A DNA stretch of 64,000 bases from Escherichia coli (GCF_003018255.1 NZ_CP027440.1), one strand, 5' to 3'; positions 39,098 to 50,450 are shown, numbered from the stretch's first letter. The notes: generated by a model not told the origin, from the sequence alone. Translations and numbers: made by a program.

Positions 39098-39907
39098 ATG
39101 AGATCGTTAGCTGATTTCGAATTTAATAAAGCGCCATTGTGCGAAGGCATGATCCTGGCTTGCGAAGCAATCCGCCGCGATTTTCCCTCGCAAGATGTTT
39201 ACGACGAACTGGAGCGTCTCGTTAGTCTGGCGAAGGAAGAAATCAGCCAGCTTCTGCCTTTAGAAGAGCAGCTGGAAAAACTGATCGCGCTGTTTTACGG
39301 CGACTGGGGATTTAAAGCCTCACGCGGCGTTTATCGTCTTTCCGATGCATTATGGCTGGACCAGGTGTTAAAGAATCGACAGGGCAGTGCGGTATCATTA
39401 GGTGCCGTTTTATTATGGGTCGCGAATCGTCTTGATTTGCCGCTGCTGCCGGTGATTTTCCCTACGCAGCTGATATTGCGCATTGAATGTCCGGATGGCG
39501 AAATTTGGCTGATTAATCCTTTTAACGGTGAATCGTTAAGCGAACATATGCTGGACGTATGGTTAAAGGGAAATATCAGCCCGTCGGCGGAACTGTTTTA
39601 TGAAGACCTTGATGAAGCTGATAACATTGAGGTAATCCGCAAATTGCTGGATACACTCAAAGCTTCGTTGATGGAAGAGAATCAGATGGAGCTGGCGTTA
39701 CGCACCAGCGAAGCTTTATTACAATTCAACCCGGAAGATCCCTATGAAATTCGCGATCGCGGGTTGATTTATGCGCAACTGGATTGCGAACACGTTGCGT
39801 TGAACGATTTAAGTTATTTCGTTGAACAGTGTCCGGAAGACCCGATCAGCGAAATGATCCGTGCGCAAATAAATAACATCGCGCATAAACATATTGTGCT
39901 GCATTAA
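39098..39907 (+). CDS. sirB1: SirB1 (YchA), transglutaminase-like/TPR protein
   Basis: 269-aa ORF between sirB2 and kdsA, as in K-12. Confidence 0.8.
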   Translation: MRSLADFEFNKAPLCEGMILACEAIRRDFPSQDVYDELERLVSLAKEEISQLLPLEEQLEKLIALFYGDWGFKASRGVYRLSDALWLDQVLKNRQGSAVSLGAVLLWVANRLDLPLLPVIFPTQLILRIECPDGEIWLINPFNGESLSEHMLDVWLKGNISPSAELFYEDLDEADNIEVIRKLLDTLKASLMEENQMELALRTSEALLQFNPEDPYEIRDRGLIYAQLDCEHVALNDLSYFVEQCPEDPISEMIRAQINNIAHKHIVLH

Positions 39908-39933
39908 TTAATCGACATTTTACTCAAGATTAA

Positions 39934-40797
<864 letters not shown>

Positions 40798-40819
40798 TCT
40801 TTTTTGCCTGAAAACTAAA

Positions 40820-40848
40820 GCCTTAGCGTTCTGCGTTAAGGCTTTTTT
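40820..40848 (+). terminator. Rho-independent terminator after kdsA
   Basis: Hairpin GCCTTAGCG-TTCTG-CGTTAAGGC followed by TTTTTT. Confidence 0.7.
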
Positions 40849-40945
40849 CATGGGGGCCGGATACAAAAAGGGCCGCAGGCTGTTACCCCTGCGGCCGGTT
40901 TCGGGCGCATATTGCCATCACGGCAGCCTGACGCCCGTTTTCGCC

Positions 40946-41053
40946 TTACTTCCGGTTACGCCACCAGCCGACAATCGCTGCGGTAATAATTCCCGCCAGG
41001 ATCGGTGCTGCCAGGTCGTGCCAGAAAATCACGGTAAACTGCGCGAGCGTCAT
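40946..41053 (-). CDS. ldr: Ldr-family type I toxin peptide (35 aa)
   Basis: Hand translation of the minus strand gives MTLAQFTVIFWHDLAAPILAGIITAAIVGWWRNRK, nearly identical to the LdrA/LdrC peptides as I remember them; below the ORF-track length cutoff. Confidence 0.8.
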   Translation of the reverse strand: MTLAQFTVIFWHDLAAPILAGIITAAIVGWWRNRK

Positions 41054-41099
41054 ATAGCCGCCTTGTTGTAATGACAACATTTTGCGGCTATTCTTGAAT

Positions 41100-41167
41100 T
41101 GTTCTGGTTCAAGATTAGCCCCCGTTCTGTTGTCAGGTTATACCTCTCAACGTGCGGGGGTTTTCTC
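41100..41167 (+). ncRNA. rdl: Rdl-type antisense RNA (antitoxin of Ldr)
   Basis: Sequence ...TTCAAGATTAGCCCCCGTTCTGTTGTCAGG...ACGTGCGGGGGTTTTCTC matches remembered Rdl RNAs, including the terminal GC hairpin and U-tract; lies antisense to the ldr leader. Ends are approximate. Confidence 0.55.
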
Positions 41168-41457
41168 TTTCCAGCAACCAATGCCACCAGGGATAAAGCC
41201 CCCGCAACATTGCGCCTCACCGGATAACGCCGGCTTGGTGTGGATACTACGACTCAATTCATCTTCACTTCATCCCTGAAATGTTTGCAATGAAGAGTGC
41301 ATTCCGGTTTTTCAACAGCTGTTACAGTCGTTTCGTGCAGGTTGTGGTTCAGGCTCGCAATTCTGATTAACAACCTGTCCAGGTAGTATGAAGAAATACA
41401 ATAAGCAGGAATTTATATTATCTCCCCCGATTTCCGTCATCGGAGGAGATATAACTG

Positions 41458-42558
41458 TCAGGCAAATATCGTCATCAAATAGGCGGCAAACAGTGCCAGA
41501 TGCGCTGCGCCATTGAGCACGTTAGTACGTCCGGTGGAGAAGGAGATATGACACAGCACTAAAGAGGCCACCATCACCACCATTTCTGGCGCACCAAGTG
41601 CAAACTGCAATTCGTTACCCGTCATAAAGGCAATTAGCGTGACGACAGGTACGGTAAGCGAAATGGTTGCTAACACTGAACCAAAGAACAGATTCATCGC
41701 GCGCTGGACCTGGTTGTTCAACACTGCTTTTAACGCACCTAAACCTTCCGGCGACAGAATCAACAGAGCCACCAGGAAGCCAGTAAAGGCGACAGGGGCA
41801 TTCATGCTGTCGAGCAATGTCTCCAGCGGGCTGGCGTTCATTTTGGTCACCGCAATAACGGCAATCAGATGGACAATCAACCAGATAGCATGCCACAGGC
41901 TGCTATGGGCAGACGGTTTACCGTGATGCGGGTCGTCGTCATCACTGTCATCTTCGTGCTCGTAGACAAACAAACTTTGATGCGTTTTGGTCTGGATCAG
42001 CAAAAATACGCCATACATTGCCGCAGAAATTAATGCTACCAGTAACGCCTGACCGGTTGAAAAATTCGCCGCAGGCAGAGCCATTGGAAATACCAGTACG
42101 ATTATCGCCAGGGGGAACAGCGCAATTAAATACTGCTTGATACCAAACAGATTCATATATTGGGTGGCAAACTTGCGTCCGCCCAACAATAATGAAAAGC
42201 CAACCAGCCCACCGGTAACAATCATAATGATTGAATAGAGCGTATCACGCATTAGCGTTGGCGCGGCGTCGCCGGTTGCCATTAAAGCTGAAATCAAACT
42301 GACTTCAAGAATAACCACTGAAAGGCTAAGAATAAGCGAACCGTAAGGCTCTCCCAGGCGATGGGCTAATACGTCCGCATGACGGACAACACTAAAGGCG
42401 CTACTTAAAATACCAATAAGAGCAAGAAGATTGATGGCAATGACCACTGGTAGTGTCTGGCTGCTTCCCCACAGGAACAGCACTACCAGCGCCAGAACCG
42501 GGAAAATAAGCGAAGTCTCCTTGTGGCGGGTTTTTACCGCCTCTTGAGCATTTGACAT
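41458..42558 (-). CDS. chaA: ChaA, Ca2+/H+ (Na+/K+) antiporter
   Basis: 366 aa from MSNAQEAVKTRHKETSLIF; CaCA-family membrane protein with an acidic loop (EHEDDSDDDDPHH). Confidence 0.9.
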   Translation of the reverse strand: MSNAQEAVKTRHKETSLIFPVLALVVLFLWGSSQTLPVVIAINLLALIGILSSAFSVVRHADVLAHRLGEPYGSLILSLSVVILEVSLISALMATGDAAPTLMRDTLYSIIMIVTGGLVGFSLLLGGRKFATQYMNLFGIKQYLIALFPLAIIVLVFPMALPAANFSTGQALLVALISAAMYGVFLLIQTKTHQSLFVYEHEDDSDDDDPHHGKPSAHSSLWHAIWLIVHLIAVIAVTKMNASPLETLLDSMNAPVAFTGFLVALLILSPEGLGALKAVLNNQVQRAMNLFFGSVLATISLTVPVVTLIAFMTGNELQFALGAPEMVVMVASLVLCHISFSTGRTNVLNGAAHLALFAAYLMTIFA

Positions 42559-42827
42559 TATGGTTATCCCTTTGCAGATGAATTTATCGAAAATGTAAAA
42601 AATAGGTAGGAAAAATAACAGAAAGTGTCTGGATATCGGTAACATTTTACGAATTTTTACCCCGCTGTCGATTTTTTACTCATTTGGGCATAAAAATAAG
42701 TAATACGTTTAGACAATGTTTGTTTTAGCACTTCTTAAGAAGAGTCTGACATGAAAATTCTTATGTTTTGGCAAGAGTAGATATTGTTGACCACACTTAA
42801 TGTTCAACTTTGTAAAAGGAGTCAACG

Positions 42828-43058
42828 ATGCCGTATAAAACGAAAAGCGATCTGCCGGAAAGCGTAAAGCACGTGCTTCCGTCTCATGCCCAGGATATCT
42901 ATAAAGAAGCGTTCAACAGCGCATGGGATCAATATAAAGATAAAGAAGATCGGCGTGATGACGCCAGTCGCGAAGAAACAGCGCATAAAGTGGCCTGGGC
43001 TGCTGTGAAGCATGAATATGCCAAAGGGGATGATGATAAATGGCATAAAAAATCGTAA
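42828..43058 (+). CDS. chaB: ChaB, putative cation transport regulator
   Basis: 76-aa ORF MPYKTKSDLPESVKHVLPSHAQDIYKEAFNSAWDQYKDK recognised as ChaB. Confidence 0.9.
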   Translation: MPYKTKSDLPESVKHVLPSHAQDIYKEAFNSAWDQYKDKEDRRDDASREETAHKVAWAAVKHEYAKGDDDKWHKKS

Positions 43059-43215
43059 AACCGGTAGCTTAGTTAAAGCTATTCGTGCGGTGTTGCCTTG
43101 CAAGTGGTCCGTGGATTGCATATTGTCCCGTTAGTGGTTTCAAAATGAGCAGTAAAAATGTCCGGAAGACACCAAAAAGTTGTCGCAGGGAAGTATGCAG
43201 TGGCGGAGGTGTAAG

Positions 43216-43911
43216 GTGATAACGCGTGATTTCTTGATGAATGCCGATTGTAAAACGGCATTTGGTGCCATTGAAGAATCACTCTTATGGTCAGCAGAAC
43301 AACGGGCGGCTTCGCTGGCGGCGACGCTGGCTTGTCGACCTGATGAGGGACCGGTGTGGATCTTCGGTTATGGATCGTTGATGTGGAATCCGGCACTGGA
43401 GTTTACCGAGTCGTGCACCGGTACACTGGTTGGATGGCATCGTGCGTTTTGCCTGCGCCTGACCGCCGGGCGCGGGACTGCGCACCAGCCGGGACGGATG
43501 CTTGCACTGAAAGAGGGCGGACGCACCACAGGCGTCGCCTATCGACTGCCAGAAGAGACGCTGGAGCAGGAACTAACCCTGTTGTGGAAGCGCGAGATGA
43601 TTACCGGCTGTTATCTGCCAACCTGGTGTCAGCTTGATCTTGATGATGGACGCACAGTAAACGCCATTGTGTTTATTATGGACCCGCGACATCCAGAATA
43701 TGAATCTGACACTCGCGCTCAGGTCATCGCGCCGTTGATTGCGGCGGCGAGCGGTCCACTGGGAACCAACGCACAATACCTGTTTTCACTGGAACAGGAG
43801 CTTATCAAACTGGGAATGCAGGACGATGGGCTGAATGATTTGCTGGTATCGGTAAAAAAACTGCTGGCGGAGAATTATCCGGATGGTGTGTTACGGCCGG
43901 GACTCGCCTGA
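43216..43911 (+). CDS. chaC: ChaC, gamma-glutamylcyclotransferase-family protein
   Basis: 231 aa assuming a GTG start (V/MITRDFLMNADCKTAFG); the track ORF has a 12-codon upstream ATG extension. Confidence 0.85.
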   Translation: MITRDFLMNADCKTAFGAIEESLLWSAEQRAASLAATLACRPDEGPVWIFGYGSLMWNPALEFTESCTGTLVGWHRAFCLRLTAGRGTAHQPGRMLALKEGGRTTGVAYRLPEETLEQELTLLWKREMITGCYLPTWCQLDLDDGRTVNAIVFIMDPRHPEYESDTRAQVIAPLIAAASGPLGTNAQYLFSLEQELIKLGMQDDGLNDLLVSVKKLLAENYPDGVLRPGLA

Positions 43912-43954
43912 GTAAACTTCCCTCATAGTGGGGCGTCAGACGCCCCCTCAAACA

Positions 43955-44308
43955 TTAAAATGTGAGCACTTTATCGGCTGACAGCGTCCATTGCGCCAGT
44001 TCCACAAGCGTACCGATTTCCACCCCATCAATCAGAGGAAGTGTACTAATCCCGCGCCCGTCGGTACAGGTTTTGCACAATTTCACCGGTACATTCTGAG
44101 CGGTAAGGATCTCCAGCATTTGCTGAATGTTGTAGCCTTCCCCTGGTTTTTGCCCGCGCAACCCGGCTGTGACCGCATCAGACATCAGGAACAGACGCAG
44201 ATCCAGATTGCTCTCCTGCTCTCGTAACGCAATGGCCAGCCGCAAGCTGTTAAATAAGGATTCGCTCCCGTAAGGTGCGCCATTGGCAACGATCACGATT
44301 TTTTGCAT
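43955..44308 (-). CDS. ychN: YchN, DsrE/DsrF-like family protein
   Basis: 117-aa ORF MQKIVIVANGAPYGSESLFNSLRLAIAL recognised as YchN. Confidence 0.9.
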   Translation of the reverse strand: MQKIVIVANGAPYGSESLFNSLRLAIALREQESNLDLRLFLMSDAVTAGLRGQKPGEGYNIQQMLEILTAQNVPVKLCKTCTDGRGISTLPLIDGVEIGTLVELAQWTLSADKVLTF

Positions 44309-44325
44309 TATTTACTCCTGTATTC

Positions 44326-44429
<104 letters not shown>

Positions 44430-44457
44430 TTGCCAGTAATCGTTATTCTTTAGGGCT

Positions 44458-45888
44458 ATGGTTTTTCATTTTTTACCGGAAGTTACCGACGTTTTGAGCC
44501 GTTTCGTTCCTCGCATTATTCCGTTTTATTTACTCTTGCTGGCGGCAGGCGGTACAGCTAACGCACAATCTACCTTCGAGCAAAAAGCGGCAAATCCCTT
44601 TGATAATAACAATGATGGTCTGCCGGATTTAGGCATGGCACCTGAAAATCATGATGGGGAAAAACACTTTGCTGAAATTGTGAAAGATTTCGGCGAAACC
44701 AGTATGAATGATAACGGGCTGGATACTGGCGAGCAGGCAAAAGCTTTCGCATTGGGAAAAGTCCGCGACGCGTTTAGTCAACAGGTTAATCAGCACGTAG
44801 AGTCGTGGCTATCAGCGTGGGGAAATGCCAGTGTTGACGTCAAAGTGGATAACGAAGGACATTTCACCGGCAGTCGTGGAAGCTGGTTTGTGCCGTTACA
44901 AGATAATGATCGTTATCTCACCTGGAGCCAGCTTGGTCTTACTCAGCAGGATGATGGGCTGGTGAGCAATGTGGGCGTTGGGCAACGCTGGGCGCGCGGC
45001 AGCTGGCTGGTGGGTTATAACACTTTTTATGACAACTTGCTGGACGAAAATCTTCAGCGAGCGGGCTTCGGTGCCGAAGCGTGGGGCGAATATTTGCGAC
45101 TATCGGCAAACTTTTATCAGCCGTTTGCTGCATGGCATGAACAGACAGCCACGCAGGAACAACGGATGGCGCGCGGGTACGACCTGACAGCCCGGATGCG
45201 CATGCCGTTTTATCAACACCTCAATACCAGTGTCAGCGTAGAACAGTATTTTGGTGATCGTGTTGATTTGTTTAACTCTGGTACGGGTTATCACAATCCC
45301 GTCGCGTTGAGTCTGGGATTAAATTATACCCCAGTGCCATTAGTCACTGTGACGGCCCAGCATAAACAGGGTGAAAGTGGCGAAAATCAAAATAACCTCG
45401 GGCTGAATCTTAATTACCGCTTTGGTGTACCGCTCAAAAAACAACTTTCTGCGGGCGAGGTTGCCGAAAGTCAGTCGTTACGTGGTAGTCGCTATGACAA
45501 TCCGCAGCGAAATAATCTACCGACTCTTGAGTACCGACAGCGAAAAACGTTAACGGTGTTTCTGGCGACACCGCCGTGGGATCTAAAACCTGGCGAAACA
45601 GTGCCGCTGAAATTACAAATCCGCAGTCGTTACGGTATTCGGCAACTGATTTGGCAGGGCGATACGCAGATATTAAGTTTGACGCCGGGCGCACAAGCCA
45701 ACAGTGAGGAGGGCTGGACGCTGATCATGCCTGACTGGCAAAACGGGGAAGGCGCAAGCAATCACTGGCGATTGTCAGTGGTGGTGGAAGATAACCAGGG
45801 GCAGCGTGTCTCCTCCAATGAGATCACGCTAACGCTTGTCGAACCGTTCGACGCATTGTCAAACGACGAACTGCGCTGGGAACCGTAA
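44458..45888 (+). CDS. ychO: YchO, invasin/intimin-like (inverse autotransporter family) protein
   Basis: 476-aa ORF with signal-like N-terminus and beta-rich content, located between ychN and narL as in K-12; true start uncertain. Confidence 0.75.
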   Translation: MVFHFLPEVTDVLSRFVPRIIPFYLLLLAAGGTANAQSTFEQKAANPFDNNNDGLPDLGMAPENHDGEKHFAEIVKDFGETSMNDNGLDTGEQAKAFALGKVRDAFSQQVNQHVESWLSAWGNASVDVKVDNEGHFTGSRGSWFVPLQDNDRYLTWSQLGLTQQDDGLVSNVGVGQRWARGSWLVGYNTFYDNLLDENLQRAGFGAEAWGEYLRLSANFYQPFAAWHEQTATQEQRMARGYDLTARMRMPFYQHLNTSVSVEQYFGDRVDLFNSGTGYHNPVALSLGLNYTPVPLVTVTAQHKQGESGENQNNLGLNLNYRFGVPLKKQLSAGEVAESQSLRGSRYDNPQRNNLPTLEYRQRKTLTVFLATPPWDLKPGETVPLKLQIRSRYGIRQLIWQGDTQILSLTPGAQANSEEGWTLIMPDWQNGEGASNHWRLSVVVEDNQGQRVSSNEITLTLVEPFDALSNDELRWEP

Positions 45889-46539
45889 TCAGAAAATGCG
45901 CTCCTGATGCACCCATACCGCAGCTTCCACGCGAGACTTTAGCTTCATTTTCTTCAGCATGTGCTTGACGTGAACTTTTACTGTGCTTTCGGTGATGTCC
46001 AGGCGGCGGGCAATCATCTTGTTCGGCAAACCCTGGGCAATTAGCTTGAGAATATCGCGCTCGCGTGGGGTTAACTGGTTAACATCGCGCTCAGTAGTGG
46101 CACGGTTAGCGCGCAAGCTGGCGGCCAGAACAGGCGTTAATGCTTCGCTTAATACCATTTCGCCAGCAGCTGCCTGATGTAACGCTTTCAGCAGATCTTC
46201 CGGTTCCATATCTTTTAACAGATAGCCATCCGCGCCGCGTTTCAGTGCGGTGACCACATCTTCTTCATGGTTAGAGACGCTGAATACCACAATGCGCCCG
46301 GAGAGGGACTTTTCGCGCAGTTTATCCAGCGTTTCCAGACCGTTCATGCCGGGCATATTGAGATCTAACAGGATCAGATCGGGATCAAGAGACTCCGCCA
46401 GTTCAATACCCTGTTCGCCATTACTCGCTTCGCCAACCACGGTGATATCTGGTGCCATACTGATAAGCTGTTTTACGCCAGTTCGCAGCATCGGGTGATC
46501 GTCAATCAGCAGGATAGTAGCCGGTTCCTGATTACTCAT
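45889..46539 (-). CDS. narL: NarL, nitrate/nitrite response regulator
   Basis: 216 aa from [25 protein letters not shown]; receiver domain plus LuxR-type HTH; start overlaps the narX stop. Confidence 0.95.
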
Positions 46540-48328
46540 GGGTATCTCCTTGGACGTCTGTGAAAGTTTTTTCGGGAATAAAGGTGACCACCACTTCGGT
46601 GCCACCTGATTCACGACGGCGGACGCGGCAATCGCCCCGTAAACTTTGCGCACGGTCGCGCATTATTATCATGCCGTAGTGATTGCTGCGGATGGCATTT
46701 TCAGGCACGCCGCAGCCGTTATCCTGGACGGTCAGTTTGACCTGATTATCGTTTTGCGCCACTGTCACCACGACCTCACTCGCTTGCGAATGTTTGAGGG
46801 CGTTACTTAATGCCTCACGGGCAATTTGCAACAGATGGATTGCCTGATGCGAAGGCACCAGACGAGGCGGCAATTGATAATCCAGCTTCACCGGGAAGCC
46901 AAACCTGGCGCTGTACTCTTCGCAACTCGCCTCCAGCGCCGGACGTAATCCAGGCTCGGTGAGCTGCAAGCGGAATGTGGTGAGCAATTCACGCAACTGC
47001 GCCCAGGATGCATTCAGTTCGTTACGGATCTGACTTAACAGTTCGCGGCTGCTTTCTGGCAGCGCATCGCCCTGCATCTGTAAACAACTCACCTGCATCT
47101 TCATGCAAGAGAGAGATTGGGCAATAGAATCATGCAGTTCGCGCGCAATGGTGGCACGCTCTTCCATCACGATCAACTGTTGCTGACGTTCCTGATGGCG
47201 ATCCAGCGCAAGCGTGGCGGTGAGTTGTTCAACCAGGGTATCCACCAGTTGTTGTTGATCATGACTAAGATGACGCCCCTGCGGCAGGGTTGCCAGCAAA
47301 ATACCGTACTGCGTATGAGAGTCAGCCAGCCGCCACTTCAGGGTTGTGCCGCGATCGCCAACGGGGAGTACACCGCGCGGGCAGAGCTGACAGCCTTTAT
47401 CATCGCAGGTCATATCTGGCTGGCAGGTAAACTCCTGATGATTCTCTTCATCATCAGTGTCATACACCCGCAGTTCGATATCACGTAGCAGGGTTAAATT
47501 CTGTAAGCCGTTGAGTACAGGTGACAAGCGTTCACACAGCGGGGCGCGGGAATGCAAACGGCGGTTAGCCTGCCATAAAAAAGAGAGGATCTGATTTTTA
47601 TGCTCCAGCCCGGCGGTTTTCTCCTGAACCCGCTGCTCAAGTACGGCATAACTTTCGGCCAGTTCTGCAGACATATTGTTCAACGCAGTTCCAAGCATCG
47701 CCATTTCGTTGCGCCCGCTGATGTTCGCGCGTTGGGTAAAATCGCGATGACTGACGGCACTCGCCATTGCCAGCAATTGCCGCCACGGTTGTAGCAGTCG
47801 CGCCCGCAACCAGATAATAGTGAACACCAGTAAAAGTGCCATAAATACCGCCATTACCCGATGGACCAGTACCACTGTCTCAATGCGCATTTCCGTGGTG
47901 CGGTCAAAACCAGATACCAGCTGATCAAGCCCGGCAACAAACTGGCTGACATCCGCTGACACCGTTTCGCGGTTTTGAGCACGCATCAGCGTAGGGATCA
48001 GTTCATTACGCCAGTAATCTTGTAAACCCTGTAATTGCGCCAGTTGTCCGTCTCGTTCTGCTGCTCGGGTTAACTCGGCGCTAAATGCCGTTTGTTCCAT
48101 TTCTTTAATTAAGGGCTTGTCTTTCTCGCTTAATGGCACTGCTGCCAACAGACGGTAACTTTGCATGCGCAGCGATCCCGCTTTGTTGATCGCATGGGCG
48201 CTGCCCTGAACGCCTTGCACTAGCCAGCCAGAAACTGCCATCCCTGCCAGTCCAATAGCAGTAGAAAGCAACACAATAAGCGCAACCTGATTAACCAGGG
48301 TGAGCGGAGAGAGACAACGTTTAAGCAT
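46532..48328 (-). CDS. narX: NarX, nitrate/nitrite sensor histidine kinase
   Basis: 598-aa ORF with periplasmic P-box region, HAMP domain and histidine kinase core (ELHDSIAQ). Confidence 0.95.
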
Positions 48329-48593
48329 GTAAACCTCTTCCTTCAGGCTTTAAATGAGCAATAACCTTAATGAATGTGACGATACATTCTGGAATGGCAG
48401 TATTCTCGGCTATTGGCTGAAGTATACCCATACCCGGAAAGAGTTACTCCTTATTTGCCGTGTGGTTAGTCGCTTTACATCGGTAAGGGTAGGGATTTTA
48501 CAGCACCGTGAAAAATCTCATAATTTTTATGAAATCACTGTACTCACTATGGATAATGATAAATATCAATGATAGATAAAGTTATCTTATCGT

Positions 48594-48607
48594 TTGATTT
48601 ACATCAA
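48594..48607 (+). promoter_or_regulatory. FNR box in the narK promoter
   Basis: TTGAT-TTAC-ATCAA is a perfect match to the FNR consensus TTGAT-N4-ATCAA, about 60 nt upstream of the narK start. Confidence 0.75.
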
Positions 48608-48666
48608 ATTGCCTTTAGCTACAGACACTAAGGTGGCAGACATCGAAACGAGTATCAGAGGTGTCT

Positions 48667-50058
48667 ATGAGTCACTCATCCGCCCCCGAAAGGGCTACTG
48701 GAGCTGTCATTACAGATTGGCGACCGGAAGATCCTGCGTTCTGGCAACAACGCGGTCAACGTATTGCCAGCCGCAACCTGTGGATTTCCGTTCCCTGTCT
48801 GTTGCTGGCGTTTTGCGTATGGATGTTGTTCAGCGCTGTTGCGGTGAACTTACCGAAAGTCGGTTTTAATTTTACGACCGATCAGCTATTTATGTTGACT
48901 GCGCTGCCTTCGGTTTCTGGCGCGTTATTACGTGTTCCATACTCCTTTATGGTTCCTATCTTTGGTGGTCGTCGCTGGACGGCGTTCAGCACCGGTATTC
49001 TGATTATTCCTTGCGTCTGGCTGGGTTTTGCCGTGCAGGATACCTCCACGCCTTATAGCGTCTTCATCATCATTTCTCTGCTGTGCGGCTTTGCTGGCGC
49101 GAACTTCGCATCCAGTATGGCAAACATCAGCTTCTTCTTTCCGAAACAGAAGCAGGGTGGCGCGCTGGGTCTGAATGGTGGTCTGGGCAACATGGGCGTC
49201 AGCGTCATGCAGTTGGTTGCTCCGCTGGTGGTATCACTGTCGATTTTCGCAGTATTTGGTAGCCAGGGCGTCAAACAGCCGGATGGGACTGAGCTGTATC
49301 TGGCGAATGCGTCCTGGATATGGGTGCCGTTCCTTGCCATCTTCACCATTGCGGCGTGGTTTGGCATGAACGATCTTGCTACCTCGAAAGCCTCCATCAA
49401 GGAGCAGTTGCCGGTACTCAAACGGGGTCATCTGTGGATTATGAGCCTGCTGTATCTGGCAACCTTCGGCTCCTTCATCGGCTTCTCCGCGGGCTTTGCG
49501 ATGCTGTCAAAAACGCAGTTCCCGGATGTTCAGATTCTGCAATACGCTTTCTTCGGGCCGTTTATTGGTGCGCTGGCGCGTTCTGCAGGTGGTGCATTAT
49601 CTGACCGTCTGGGCGGAACTCGTGTCACTCTGGTGAACTTTATCCTGATGGCGATTTTCAGCGGCCTGCTGTTCCTGACCTTACCGACTGACGGACAGGG
49701 CGGAAGCTTCATGGCGTTCTTCGCAGTCTTCCTGGCGCTGTTCCTGACCGCTGGGCTGGGTAGTGGTTCCACTTTCCAGATGATTTCCGTGATCTTCCGT
49801 AAACTGACAATGGATCGTGTGAAAGCAGAAGGGGGTTCTGACGAACGTGCGATGCGTGAAGCGGCAACCGACACGGCGGCGGCGCTGGGTTTCATCTCTG
49901 CGATTGGCGCGATTGGTGGCTTCTTTATCCCGAAAGCGTTTGGTAGCTCGCTGGCATTAACGGGTTCGCCAGTCGGCGCAATGAAAGTATTTTTGATTTT
50001 CTATATCGCCTGCGTGGTGATTACCTGGGCGGTATATGGTCGGCATTCTAAAAAATAA
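48667..50058 (+). CDS. narK: NarK, nitrate/nitrite antiporter (MFS)
   Basis: 463 aa from MSHSSAPERATGAVITDWRPEDPAFWQQRGQR; 12-TM MFS protein. Confidence 0.95.
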   Translation: MSHSSAPERATGAVITDWRPEDPAFWQQRGQRIASRNLWISVPCLLLAFCVWMLFSAVAVNLPKVGFNFTTDQLFMLTALPSVSGALLRVPYSFMVPIFGGRRWTAFSTGILIIPCVWLGFAVQDTSTPYSVFIIISLLCGFAGANFASSMANISFFFPKQKQGGALGLNGGLGNMGVSVMQLVAPLVVSLSIFAVFGSQGVKQPDGTELYLANASWIWVPFLAIFTIAAWFGMNDLATSKASIKEQLPVLKRGHLWIMSLLYLATFGSFIGFSAGFAMLSKTQFPDVQILQYAFFGPFIGALARSAGGALSDRLGGTRVTLVNFILMAIFSGLLFLTLPTDGQGGSFMAFFAVFLALFLTAGLGSGSTFQMISVIFRKLTMDRVKAEGGSDERAMREAATDTAAALGFISAIGAIGGFFIPKAFGSSLALTGSPVGAMKVFLIFYIACVVITWAVYGRHSKK

Positions 50059-50182
50059 ATCGTAATATTTGATTATCCTTTGCGCGGCATGATGTCGCGC
50101 TTTTTTTATGCGTCATTTAGTTACAACATACTAATGTTGTATGGCTTATTTCGCTGGATTTCATTAAGAGTCATTAATATGT

Positions 50183-50212
50183 TACCCATGGGGAATACTC
50201 CTTAATACCCAT
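50183..50212 (+). promoter_or_regulatory. NarL heptamer region of the narG upstream activating sequence
   Basis: Two TACCCAT heptamers (50183..50189 and 50206..50212) about 200 nt upstream of the FNR box, consistent with the known NarL site architecture at narG. Confidence 0.6.
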
Positions 50213-50345
50213 CTGCATAAAAATCTTAATAGTTTAAATAACTACAGGTATAAAACGTCTTAATTTACAGCGTGTTATGCCGTAACCGCTAATTATCCTA
50301 AAGGGGTATCTTAGGAATTTACTTTATTTTTCATCCCCATCACTC

Positions 50346-50359
50346 TTGATCGTTATCAA
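50346..50359 (+). promoter_or_regulatory. FNR box in the narG promoter
   Basis: TTGAT-CGTT-ATCAA is a perfect FNR consensus, about 95 nt upstream of the narG start codon. Confidence 0.8.
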
Positions 50360-50450
50360 TTCTCACGCTGTTTCAGAGCGTTACCTTGCCCTTAAACATT
50401 AGCAATGTCGATTTATCAGAGGGCCGACAGGCTCCCACAGGAGAAAACCG

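Noticed and set aside
40850-41279. Two plus-strand ORFs (73 aa and 65 aa) in the kdsA-chaA gap
   Set aside because: This region is better explained by the minus-strand 35-aa ldr toxin gene and the Rdl antisense RNA; the track ORFs are frame artefacts.
43930-43946. GC hairpin between chaC and ychN as a bidirectional terminator
   Set aside because: Short stem (GGGCG/CGCCC) without an adjacent U-tract on either strand; too weak to call.
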